A stretch of DNA of 63,028 nt, the filler included, from Lenisia limosa (Eukaryota > Protista > Breviatea), in the NCBI GenBank assembly GCA_001655205.1. It is 9 parts of 9 records of this genome, joined end to end, with 100 filler letters (N's around TTAATTAATTAA, not from the genome) between each part and the next. Parts side by side here need not be neighbours in the genome. Positions count along the whole stretch, not along the records: positions 39,959 to 57,184 come from LPNZ01006081.1; positions 57,285 to 59,243 come from LPNZ01010656.1; positions 59,344 to 60,884 come from LPNZ01000244.1; 6 more parts are not named here. One strand, given 5' to 3'. The translations under genes were made by a program, and so were the position numbers. A model generated the notes under the pieces. The model did not search any database. It was not told the origin of the DNA and was given only the letters and a program-made list of their open reading frames with translations. Below, one piece after another: positions 49,701-60,860 of this stretch. Position 1 is the stretch's first letter. Each line of letters opens with the position of its first letter.

Positions 49701-52655
49701 AATGGATTCCAAAGCATCACTGGATCTGAAAAATAGAGGAATCACAAATAGCTCAATAATCAATTGACAAGATTTTCGAAGGACATACTCAGGAGGGAAA
49801 CACGGCACGGCTTGATCGTAAATGACATAATAGTCTTGGACCAACTCCTCACATGTCTGAATTATAAGGCAGGGAACACAGAAATAGTGATCATAGGGAG
49901 AAATAAACCTGATACAGTATAATATATAACATGCAATCGATATGATATTGATACCCTCTATCTTCGAAACAATCCACCATATCCAATTCCAACATAAATC
50001 CCACTTCAACATCAATAGTTCCAGAGGTTTGATGGATTATCATAGCACATACCGTAATAACAGCGTCGAGGTTCTCAAAGTCAATGAACCTGAAATGGTA
50101 ATCAAAAGGGCCATCATCCAACCCTCTACTGCTTCATAATGGCAAATAATAGCTACAAATACAGGGTATGATGTACATGAAGTGATATTTTGTCACGAAA
50201 GGAATAACAATAATATAAGAACGTAATCTTACCTATTTGTGAGACAGATAGTGAGGTATTCGAAGAACCTCTTCTCGTATTCAAGAGGCTGGAAGTATAA
50301 ACGGTCAAAAATGAAACAAAAGATAAATCAGATGTAATAATAGCCCCCATAAAGAGCATTTATCCAACCTGCCTGCCACCCTTAATGAGTTTCTTATCCC
50401 TGCGCTCCTGAAGGTTTATCACCAGGGCCAAAGCAACCAGTCGTTGGGGACACTCCTTAGCCAGCCGGATGAAGTTGACTGTCACGTCATCCCTAGATAG
50501 ATAAGTTGGTGATTGCGCTTTGACTGAGTTCTTTCAAAAGCAGAAAGGCACCAGAATAACCAAACAACGAAAACAAAGCTCATAAAATTTTTCCATTTAC
50601 CNNNNNNNNNNNNNNNNNNNNNNNNNNNNNNNNNNNNNNNNNNNNNNNNNNNNNNNNNNNNNNNNNNNNNNNGTGCCATCAAAAACTTCGTGAATAAACT
50701 CCTTTTCCTTCTCAGATTTAACCTACAAAATGAAAAAGGTGTGCTGAGAGATGACCCATAAGATCTGTTATAATCTCAACCCACTTTTTGAGAGCAATTA
50801 GGGAAATAGTGGCACCATATTTTATTATTAGCTAACTTGTTTTATGATTGTTATTATTTTTCAGCTACTCAAACCAAACATTAAATTAGTATTAATGCAG
50901 GTTGGTGGTCCACCACCTTCCCACAGCTTTGTCTATCACCCCCCCCCCACCGCCATGACCATCTTATAAAGCTCGTCCTCCAGCCCCGCAATGTGTTGAT
51001 GGCNNNNNNNNNNNNNNNNNNNNNNNNNNNNNNNNNNNNNNNNNNNNNNNNNNNNNNNNNNNNNNNNNNNNNNNNNNNNNNNNNNNNNNNNNNNNNNNNN
51101 NNNNNNNNNNNNNNNNNNNNNNNNNNNNNNNNNNNTTGATCTAGGGATGTCATTCCAGAAAACCACCCTTCTAACATAATCACAAACCCTCATCCCACCC
51201 TAGCCTTGACAGAGAGAAGACTTTCAACAACGTGTTGAGTGCTCCTCACCCGGCCAAGGATGGCGTACGCCACTGAAGTTGGGTCGTTTTCTGGGAGGCT
51301 CTCCTGATTATTTCGACACACGTCCACAACAGATGTAACACTGAAATGATTACATTAAACAAAGAAAATTGGAGACAATACTGCAACCAGCATCGGATTG
51401 GTACATTGAAGATTAAAGAAAGATACAAATGCAAGTCAAATAAAGACTGATCAACACCATCCTATTTGTACCTTGGTTTGTAGTTTCCCCCAGTACTGTT
51501 TAACCAGAAGATGAAAGACGTTATAGTGATCAGTCATGTATCATATGAATGCGTTTGCACCACAATCAGGGAAGATTGAGTATCTGACATTTACCTGACA
51601 GTAATCCCCCAATAGGTAAATAACTCAAAGCAATCAACTTTGTCCTTTCGGTATTGTAAGGTGTCCCCTTTGACCCTCTTGATAGTTACGATGTTGGAGA
51701 GGTCAGCCTTGTATTAGTCCCCATTGAGGGGATTGCGTGGTCAAGTAAATGTCCCAAATACTCAATCTTCCCTGATTGTAGTGCCAACGCATTCATATCA
51801 TGACTGATTACTAAATGGGAACGTTTAAAAACAAAACAAAATATGTTTAATATACATATTATATATTATATCATATAGCAAAGAGAAATAAAAAATAAGG
51901 TAGTATCTGGCCAAAGCCGTCCACACCATCACGCTTATAAAAGATATTGGATTATAGTATAATATTTATTCACCCAATCATTTGCCTTACAGCACACAGC
52001 TTTCTGTGCGCCTCCCCAGCATGCATACATACTATAATCCTGTCAGATGAATGGTAAGATTCAAAACTCTCTGCCATTCACCCTTTCCCCCAACTGAGTT
52101 TTAATTGACAATAAATCAGAACGGGCGTCTCCTAATAAAGCAAGTCCATTGCGGGCTTCTGATATTTCTGCCTGAGAAAATCACAAAAAGTCAAAACATA
52201 TAAACATACACATGTGTACGCTTTTACCTAAACGTTAACAACCACACAAACCCCTTCCTACCTTTATTGCTGTTCGCAGCTGGCCATCTACCACGGCTTT
52301 CTCACGACTCACGTTCTGTGCGCACCCCTGAGTGACATCAGAAATAGCTATCAATGCTATCAACTTCCTTTATTTCCTTTTTTCATTTCCAAATGATTTA
52401 TAATATAATATATATCGATGGATAACATATCAAAAGAACAGCTCGGAGGGCATATTGAAAAATGAGTTAACTAGTTGGTTGGGTTGGTCGGTTTTGGACA
52501 GCCCCCCCCCCCCCNNNNNNNNNNNNNNNNNNNNNNNNNNNNNNNNNNNNNNNNNNNNNNNNNNNNNNNNNNNNNNNNNNNNNNNNNNNNNNNNNNNNNN
52601 NNNNNNNNNNNNCTTTTTCAAAGGCCTCAGCCTCAAGCGTCTTCGGCTCCTCCAT
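46780..52655 (-). CDS. EXOC3: Exocyst complex component 3 (Sec6)
   Basis: MEEPKTLEAEAFEK; SREKAVVDGQLRTAIK|AEISEARNGLALL; ELVQDYYVIYDQAVPCFPPEY; IVAIGNN; LAKLVHNELSQFYPQFFTPEW; SNLKTYFPEV, matching the Sec6 order of motifs. The last exons probably lie at about 46000-46800 and are unresolved. Confidence 0.82.
51895..52020 (+). repeat. Dispersed repeat family B, about 130-170 bp; representative copy in a Sec6 intron
   Basis: Consensus CAATGAGAAATAAAAAANAAGGTNGTATCTGGCCRAAGCCGTCCACACCATCACGCTTATAAGAGATATTGGATTA...TTCACCCAATCATTTGC...ACACAGCTTTCTGYGCGCCTCCCCAG. Copies: 19047-19170(-), 29138-29258(+), 43714-43800(-), 44872-44934(+), 61065-61204, 62852-62990(-). Gap-truncated: 15637-15657, 21497-21526, 57285-57312, 2741-2770. 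Confidence 0.85.
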
Positions 52656-53216
52656 GCCACCCTAGGGTAGCCGAGTCAAACGTCACACGTTTTATGTTTT
52701 GACTTGCAACAAAGCAGAGAACTCAAATACTGAGGGAAAAGGAAAGCGCAAAGGCCATAAAGGGTATAAACTGATAAACTGATGGGAGGAGTGAATACAG
52801 TACTCTCATTGGCGGAAGGAAGGGATTTGGGAAAGATCTGAATTGGGGAACTGAGAGCTTACCAAAACCAATAAGGACCTTCGTGTCTCGTCTTCCCTGT
52901 TCTTCTTTTCCTTCTCTTATTGCCTGTAGTCAATTTTATAAATAAATAATATGAACATATACGAAGAGAAAAGGGAAAGAAAAGAAGAAGCAAGCAAGTG
53001 AAAAGAGATGAATTTTAGTTATATTTTAGTTGAAATTACTTGATTTGCTCTTTTCACTCTTTTGTTTTATTTTTTCCCCCTTTCCTTTTCTTCTCCATTT
53101 ATAAGAATATTATTTCATTATATAAGCACATTTGTGTAATGAAGTAATCTTATGGGGGCTACAATGGAGTCATACTTTCAGTTGTCGCGCTAAGGCAGCT
53201 TCTGTCAACCCCAATC

Positions 53217-56012
53217 ATGACACTTGACAAGACAACAATTGCTCTGGTTGCCGTGATCCTTGTTGTCTTTATTATCCTCTCCTCCAGCCATCCTGACTAT
53301 GTTCTTGAGCAAGTCACCCCCCGAGTAGCGGGGGCAAGCGTTCTTGTTACTGGCGGGCTTGGTTTCATTGGATCGCATGTTGTTGAAGAACTGGTCGCTC
53401 AGAATGCTTCGGTTGGTGGCGGTCAGCTCTCTAGGTGACATTCGCTTTCTTTGTCATTATCTTTAACTAACACGCATAACATTTTTCAATACGTGACCCT
53501 TCACATCCCATGTTATCTCATTTATTGCATATCGATGTTATACTAATCCTGTCCGAGTTGAAGTCAATGTGACATTCACTCCTTAGGTTGTTATTCTGGA
53601 TAACGAGACGACTGGCCACAACTTCCCTCCAGAAGGAGTTGTCATTGTCAAGGGAGGTATGTTGGTGCTGTTTCTGTTATATTCGGACCTCCAGTTTGTA
53701 AAAAAAAAGGGGGGGGGGGGGNNNNNNNNNNNNNNNNNNNNNNNNNNNNNNNNNNNNNNNNNNNNNNNNNNNNNNNNNNNNNNNNNNNNNNTCATCGAGA
53801 TTTTTGCCTCATTAGCAGCACAGAATCACACCACCACAGATGTCACCGATGCCCGTGTCTTCGAGAAGATTCCACATGTTGATTACGTCATCCACCTGGC
53901 TGCAGTTCTGGGCGTGCAAGACAGCTTCATTCACCCAGATAAATACATGAAAGTCAATGTTGAAGGTGGGGAAGTGAAGGAATTGCAACTTCTACTAAAA
54001 AAAAAAAAATAAAAAAAATGCAGGACCACAACGCCGTATTTATCTTTCAAAAGTAAATGCATCGCATAATATACGCGTATGCATAACTTGTTTAAGGCAT
54101 ATCTCACTCAGTAGGGTCGCATAACGTGTACAACTTTGCTGCAAAGCGCATGGTCAAAGGTGTTGTATCCGCTTCATCCGCATCCATATTCGGCAACGTC
54201 AAGGTGAGTAAACGATAACAGGGGTGGGGGATCAGATATAACTGTTAATCATTTCTCATTTCCCAAACAGGATCTGCCGGTGGTGGAGTCTTCAGAAATA
54301 GCCCCAATATCGCCTTATGGCGAATCCAAATCCCTCATGGAGAAGCTTAGTGAGGTTTGAGGGTTGCGATAGGTCACGGTCAGACACTATAGTCTACATT
54401 ATTGAATACCGTTTCCTCTTGTCCTTTGCGAATAAGCTGGGCTATCAAAGATTTTGGTTCTCAACATTTATACATTCACCATTTTTTACCGAAGAATTTC
54501 ACCCATAACACAGGAATACAGTCGAGATACAGGGCGACACTCCGTCTCAATACGCTACTTCAATGTGTATGGACCAAGGTAGGATATAAGGCTCCTGATC
54601 TATAAATTATGATTATTGTTATTAAAGTGATGTATTATGATTATATATCATATATGACATAGTATATCATTGTATATAATATGTATGTCCCGAAGTGCAG
54701 TCTTTTTTTTATTATCTATGAGCAATATAAAAACACCATTAACTGGGTAGACAGGACCCAAAGTCGGATTACACAGGGGTCATTTCTGCTTTTCTTGGTA
54801 CGTACGGTTGTGATGAACGACTATAGTAATTGCATCTATGTGTAATATATCATTAGATGGGCTTTATACTTTCAAATATTCAGTTTGTTGGTTTTTCACT
54901 TCTTGTTTGCTAGTTCAATACATAGGATTCACTGAAATAAATTTCACTAGTTTCTCAAATGTGATTTTTTTTGGTGCTTGTTTCAATAAATCAAAACAAA
55001 AAGCCACTACTAGTTTAACAGCTTTAGCCAAAGCCAAAGCAGGTAAACAAATAGAGATCTTTGGTGACGGTGAACAGACCCGGGATTTTGTCTTTGTCAG
55101 GGACATTGCAAGAATCACTGTGAGTGTGGTCAATGAAGCCATAGCTTTGTATTTTTTTATGTGTTAGATAAGAGTATCTAATATTCAAATTGGAGTCAGT
55201 TCCAAAGTGTTCCTATCCTATGATTAGTATAAAACGCGACACGGGTGAGTTGAGTCATTGACCAACGTGACCGATCCAGGTTAGGGCCCTAATGCCTGTC
55301 ATTGCTTCAATCGGCTGTGACACTCCTGGAGTCGGAAATGGCTGTCACTTTCCTTACTTCAACCTCAACATCGGTGGGTGTGTCCTACGATGGACTATGG
55401 GGTGACAGCGAACTTTCAGATTTATTCTTAGCACCTTTACATGTAATTACTAAATATCATTCAGAGGGATACAATGTTTTTTTTCAAAAAAATTTCTCAC
55501 TTTATAGGAACGGGAATTGAGTACTCTGTCAACGAAGTTGCCGCAACTATTATCAAGGTAGGTAGACCTGAGAGTGTAATACATTCTACATCAAAGGTGT
55601 GGCTTTTTTATCTCTACTCTTTTCCAGGAGATGATTTTTCGACACGTCCCTAACTCTTCTCAATTTCATGGTATTAGAGCGCATCAAGCTCGAGCACTAT
55701 TGAGCATGTGGACGCAAGAAAAGGTGATATTGCGCGCAGTGTGTCCGGTGTCCAAAAGGCTATCGACCTGTTTTCTTTCTCCCCTCTTGGTTTGCTTGGG
55801 AAATGATGCTTTATTAATGGCATTTTCCTTGTTTTGATAGAATTTATATGGTACTATCTTTGTTGTCTTGTCTTTGTGAATTTGAATTCTTCTAGTTTTG
55901 TTCCAAGGAGACTTTGGTGGTGTTTTTACTTGGTAATCGTTGAGCTAACAATGTAGTTGGGATGAAGTCTGGTATTGAGGCAACGTTAGAGTGGATGGTA
56001 TCGACTGAGTGA
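53217..56012 (+). CDS. NAD-dependent nucleotide-sugar 4-epimerase (extended SDR, GalE/WbpP-like) with an N-terminal transmembrane anchor
   Basis: TM segment TIALVAVILVVFIILSS; Rossmann motif VLVTGGLGFIGSH; VIHLAA; VSASSAS; PISPYGESK (YxxxK); RYFNVYGPR|QDPKSDYTGVISAFL; IFGDGEQTRDFVFVRDIA; NI|GTG; RKGDI; ends LEWMVSTE*. About 11-12 introns. Confidence 0.9.
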
Positions 56013-56323
56013 GTCATCTAATGGTATTATGTAATGTGATGTTTGTGTTTATATTGATACAGCTGAGTGTATCCACCTCGACGGGATCGGTAATACTTCA
56101 TATAATATATTAGAATTAAACTGTCATGATTGAAGGCTCTGCTAATCTAATTCTATAAAGCGGTTTCATTGGAATGTTTTGTGACCGACGCATTTTTCTT
56201 TTCGCGCGTCGTGTATCAACAGTTGCTCCTTTCACTTGACTTTCAGCTACTACTATTCAGAGACATAGAAATGAGACACATATGCATACGATAGACGTCT
56301 AAAATAAAAACATCGGGGCTGAA

Positions 56324-57184
56324 TTAGGCGCGGTGGCGCACACAGAAGGCATCAATGCGGTCGAAGGCAGCCTCAAGCTTATCTTCAGGGGGGCAAACGA
56401 CAACACGGAAGAAGTTGGGCATGCTGAAGCACTGGCCCGGGAGGACAAAGACGGACTCTTCCTCAACCTGATGGGTCAACTTCTTTGAAGCAAACATGGT
56501 TTAACAAATCTCAAAAATTTGGGCTGATTCTACATTTATTGATTACACGTTTCAGCAGCACCCCCTCACGAGTTTCTGTGCGAAAGTCACGTCATCAGTG
56601 ATAGTGTCGTCAAAATTGTCAACGTTGATGCGGCACTGTGAGGAGGTAAGCAAATAGAATGGTGAATAGAAAACCACTCAATTTCGAGGCAATACTTGTT
56701 TCAAAGAGGCGGGAAAACTAAGAAAAAAGAAATACAAACACAAGCCTACCATAAGGTACATGGCGCCCTGGGGAGTGATAGGCTCCAGACCCTCAGTGTG
56801 GAGAAGGCGGGAGTGACAGTATCTGGGGGGGGGGTAGTCAGATAATGATCTTATAGTTAATTGTTGAAAGAAGAGCACCAGTATATTAGAGTCGGCTGTA
56901 AGCTTCCTCAAAGGCACAGAATGTTAATGTTCCACAACTCCCCCCCCTCACTTGGCGTTGAACTCCAGAGTATCGAGGGTTTCTTGGAAGAACTCTGGAT
57001 CGGTGTTGTTAATGATCTCGGGGATGGCAGCCTAATATCGTTAACTCAAGGTTGTGGGTTGCGGATAACGAAAAAATATTTAGATACCATTTAACGAGAG
57101 AAGGGGGGAACTATTTAAAGAAGGAGATTGTGGGAGTCCATTGATGGGTGGTGTGGTCGGCCTACCTTAACCAAAGTCATTCTT
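56324..57184 (-). CDS. TAT: Tyrosine aminotransferase (class I/II PLP enzyme), C-terminal part, 5' truncated at spacer
   Basis: AAIPEIINNTDPEFFQETLDTLEFNAK|YCHSRLLHTEGLEPITPQGAMYLM|CRINVDNF...FAQKL|VEEESVFVLPGQCFSMPNFFRVVVCPPEDKLEAAFDRIDAFCVRH, TAA stop. Confidence 0.88.
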
Positions 57185-57494
57185 NNNNNNNNNNNNNNNN
57201 NNNNNNNNNNNNNNNNNNNNNNNNNNNNTTAATTAATTAANNNNNNNNNNNNNNNNNNNNNNNNNNNNNNNNNNNNNNNNNNNNGATACAACCTTATTTT
57301 TTATTTCTCATTGCAAAATTTTTTATCTGATATGTATATTGGGGTGTCCATTTCCCTCGCCACAATTAACCATTATCGAAGGGTTTTGACTTTTTAGATC
57401 GAGTATGGCCCAATCTGCCAAAGGAGTCCTAACAGCCGGGTTTTCCAAAGTGAGTCTGAGCTACGAGGAATATAATACATCATACATACATATC

Positions 57495-58223
57495 ATATTT
57501 CTTTGATTGAAGAAGGATGGAAATTGCCATATTCTATCTCCAGTTCTTTGATAATGCTCCCAACTGCAGTTGCAATTCCTAAAACATGAGTTACAAGTAG
57601 AGCTGCACTTCTGTTCGAAATAGACCGTTAAAATGTCGAAGTTTTCGAGGAGTTATCGAGAAAATCAGTCTGTTTTCGAACCAAAATGAATCCCCGGTTA
57701 CAAGATCAGTCAAAGTAAAAGGGATTCCTTGCTCACCATTAGAAGTTGAAACGTTGGAATATTTGGCGAAAAGGTGTCTGCGTTGTTTTTCAATGTTACT
57801 AAGGGATCTGGCAGCAGCATCAACATTACTGCCAAGAAGGGAAAAGCGAACTTGGTCATGTTCATAAAGCCTTTTGGCAATTGTGATTGGCTCAGCGTAG
57901 AGCCAGAACGTCTTGGAAGATGATTCAAGAAGTAATCTTTTTCTGGGTTCCAGATAGGTTCTTCCACCTGTAGCGACAACCAGCTCAGCCACGCCCTTCA
58001 CGCGAGAACTCTCAATGACTTTCATTTCAGCCTCCTCAAACCAGCCGTTTCTACCACAACGGGAAAAGAGATTTTGAAGAGAGTCATTCAAATCTGCTTC
58101 AACCTCTCGGTCAAGGTCAATGAATTTCCAGCCAATTTGATTGGCGAGTTCCTTTCCAATTGTGGACTTTCCACAGCCCATCACACCAACAAGTACAATT
58201 TGCTTCAATGTTAATAAAGACAA
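57495..58223 (-). CDS. Stand-alone shikimate kinase (AroK-like P-loop kinase); start and last exon uncertain
   Basis: IVLVGVMGCGKSTIGKELA (Walker A), FIDLDREVE, CGRNGWFEEAE, VVATGGRTYL, FWLYAEPITIAKRL. The large exon 57737-58223 is preceded by CTGCAG and followed by a GTGAG donor. A possible last exon lies at about 57495-57566. Confidence 0.8.
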
Positions 58224-58669
58224 CTGCAGACTTTGGGTATTGGGGTGTAGTTCTCTTGAAGATGATTGCCTTCATCTTCTTGAAGTTGAAGCGGGGTTTC
58301 AAGCTTTTCAGCTGTGGTTCAGTTAAATGGTCAAGCAATCTTAAATGATCGACCTCGAACAATCCAAGGGTGTTAAGTTATGTAGTCGTTTTGAATCAAG
58401 ACCATTAACCTTCCCCCGATGCTGTCATTTCGATAATCATGTTATCATTTATTCCCGCATTTCCATAATCATGTGATCATTCATTCCCGCTCCCGCATGT
58501 CGATAATCATGTCATTCCAATTGTGACCATATCCTAGTCATTTCGATACGCCCTTGCTAAGGTCAAGAAGCGACTTGTTTGAAGCCCTCGCTCCCCTGTC
58601 AGTTAATATGTGTATGGTAATGTTGTCTTATTTATTGTAATGTATTTGTGTGTTGTATAACCAGCTCAA

Positions 58670-59243
58670 TGAAGCAACCGCGCGCGAAATTGCGTTGTCT
58701 GCTTATCCCAAGACAAACACCACCATAAACTGTTCCTAACAAAAACACTCTGTATTTACAGTGTACAATCTTTTACATACCCTTGGCAGCCCGGATTCTC
58801 TTGATGTCCTCAAGAATCCACTTAGTCTCCTTGACCTCGTCCATGGGATAGATACGACCCACTGTGCACTTCACCTGGGGGGGGGGGGGGNNNNNNNNNN
58901 NNNNNNNNNNNNNNNNNNNNNNNNNNNNNNNNNNNNNNNNNNNNNNNNNNNNNNNNNNNNNNNNNNNNNNNNNNNNNNNNNNNNNNNNNNNNNNNNNNNN
59001 NNNNNNNNNNNNNNNNNNNNNNNNNNNNNNNNNNNNNNNNNNNNNNNNNNNNATTGTAATTTATGGTATCCCTATGTATTTATTGTTTCCCAGATTTCTA
59101 ATGTGTTTTTATTTGTTCGAAAAAAACTTACGTTGACAGCGTCTTGGTAGTACTCGCCCTTGACACGAAGGTTGAAGATGTGCTGTTTGAAGTACAACGC
59201 CTCGAAGTAGCTTGCAAAGCGGGCCGGATCAGTCTGGACCAGT
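58670..59243 (-). CDS. C-terminal exons of an unidentified, conserved-looking protein, 5' truncated at spacer
   Basis: LVQTDPARFASYFEALYFKQHIFNLRVKGEYYQDA (59138-59243) and VGRIYPMDEVKETKWILEDIKRIRAAK (58780-58860), with GC-rich codon usage like the highly conserved genes here. Confidence 0.55.
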
Positions 59244-59343
59244 NNNNNNNNNNNNNNNNNNNNNNNNNNNNNNNNNNNNNNNNNNNNTTAATTAATTAAN
59301 NNNNNNNNNNNNNNNNNNNNNNNNNNNNNNNNNNNNNNNNNNN

Positions 59344-60860
59344 GAGGAATCTCTGAGTCGAATGAGACCCTCGGTTGGACCCGAAGACCTACAGCCGATA
59401 GAGGTGGGGAAAGGGGGGGTTATTCATTTTTAACAAGAAATAATATACATTAGAAATCTAGGGAAACAAATTAAGCTTGTACACTGACCTGCATGTGTCT
59501 TGACCGATTACACATCTCTCCCTGTAATACTCACACATTAGGCATTCAATAAAACATTTGGAACACACAACTGAGACCAACAATCGCGAAACCTCAAGAA
59601 TGTTACCAGGCGTCGTCGTAAGAATTGATTGAACCTGTTTCTTGTTTTGTTTTTTGAATGGAGATCTTTCTTCCTGTACAAAACGGTTTGAGAAGAATAC
59701 CCTTGTCAGTCTGGAATATACGTAGAAAAAGTGGAGAGATTAGGAATCTTTGCAAAAAAGCAACTGCTATAGCAGTTCTCCAAACCAGTTCGTTATGTCA
59801 TCTTAATCGAGCCCCAAATCCATGAAATTTGGTCAAAAGGTCAAACGCCGTACCCCCAAACCATGCGAAAATCCTTACACTCGAGGTTTCGTTCTGCTTA
59901 GTGGCTGTATTATTTGGGAATCCCATAAATTTCTTCAATTTTCCATAAAATTCCATTGGATTTCCATGTAAACTATGGGAATCCAACGTTTTTTTACAAG
60001 AATGACAAGTGGATGCGCCATATAGTGTGGCAGTCAATCGTAAAGATTAATTTTGAAGCATGCAACATTTGTTGAAAATGTTCTATATTGTGAAATATGC
60101 AACTAGGATACATTGAGCTTAAGTCTTCACTAATACACACACAAAAAACAGATATTACTAAAACGAGCATAAAATAATTATTCAATCAGAGAGGCAAATT
60201 GGAATTAGGAACGAAACTTTCGATGGGACGATGGCTTGCCCTAGGCAGTGAAAATTGGGGGAACTCTCAAAAAATTATGAAGTTTATTAATACACTGACC
60301 GCGATACCTGACACGGATACTGAGTTTTATCCGTTGTCAATTGTGTCAGGACTTATCGCCACAATTTAATTTCTAATTATTAAGAATTAATTGCTTTCCA
60401 ATATAATAAATGCTTCAATTGATCAAAAGCAAAATTTTTTCGATTAATATTTTCACAAAAGTAATACTGTTAAAATCTAATTTAAGCACAATTACAATGC
60501 TTTGTTCAAATTAAACAGTAACGACACCCTTCTTTTAATTAAGACAAACAGGTGAATGAATAGTAATGAATTGTCTCGGGGCGCCAAGGTGCGTGGGCGC
60601 AGAAGTATGGTAATTTGTTTCTGGTATCCCCATGTATATATTTGTTTCCCTAGATTTCTAATGTATATTATATAATTTCTCTTGTTAAAAAGAATTATCT
60701 TGCTAGCAACCTCCCCTACTTGTGGGGGTGGGGTAGGCTGATGGACTTCTGGATCCAATCGCAGAGCAGAATCCCCCTTCTCTAAAGGGGAAAAAGCAGG
60801 GACGCTGACATTCAGAGGAGAAGGGGGCGCTTTTTGGGGATGATCCGAGGAGGTGTCCAT
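59344..60860 (-). CDS. Fragments of unidentified minus-strand gene(s)
   Basis: ATG at 60860 (MDTSSDHPQKAPPSPLNVSVPAFSPLEKG...) and exon-like blocks near 59876-59955 and 59580-59635. No family recognised. Confidence 0.3.

Noticed and set aside
57495-57566. Leucyl aminopeptidase-like motif (TGDRIWQFP) on the minus strand
   Set aside because: It is a short match in an alternative frame of the probable last shikimate kinase exon, and no other M17 motifs are nearby.
56324-58223. Aromatic amino-acid gene cluster (tyrosine aminotransferase next to shikimate kinase)
   Set aside because: An artificial spacer at 57185-57284 separates them, and there is no room for the missing TAT N-terminus, so physical linkage is not shown.
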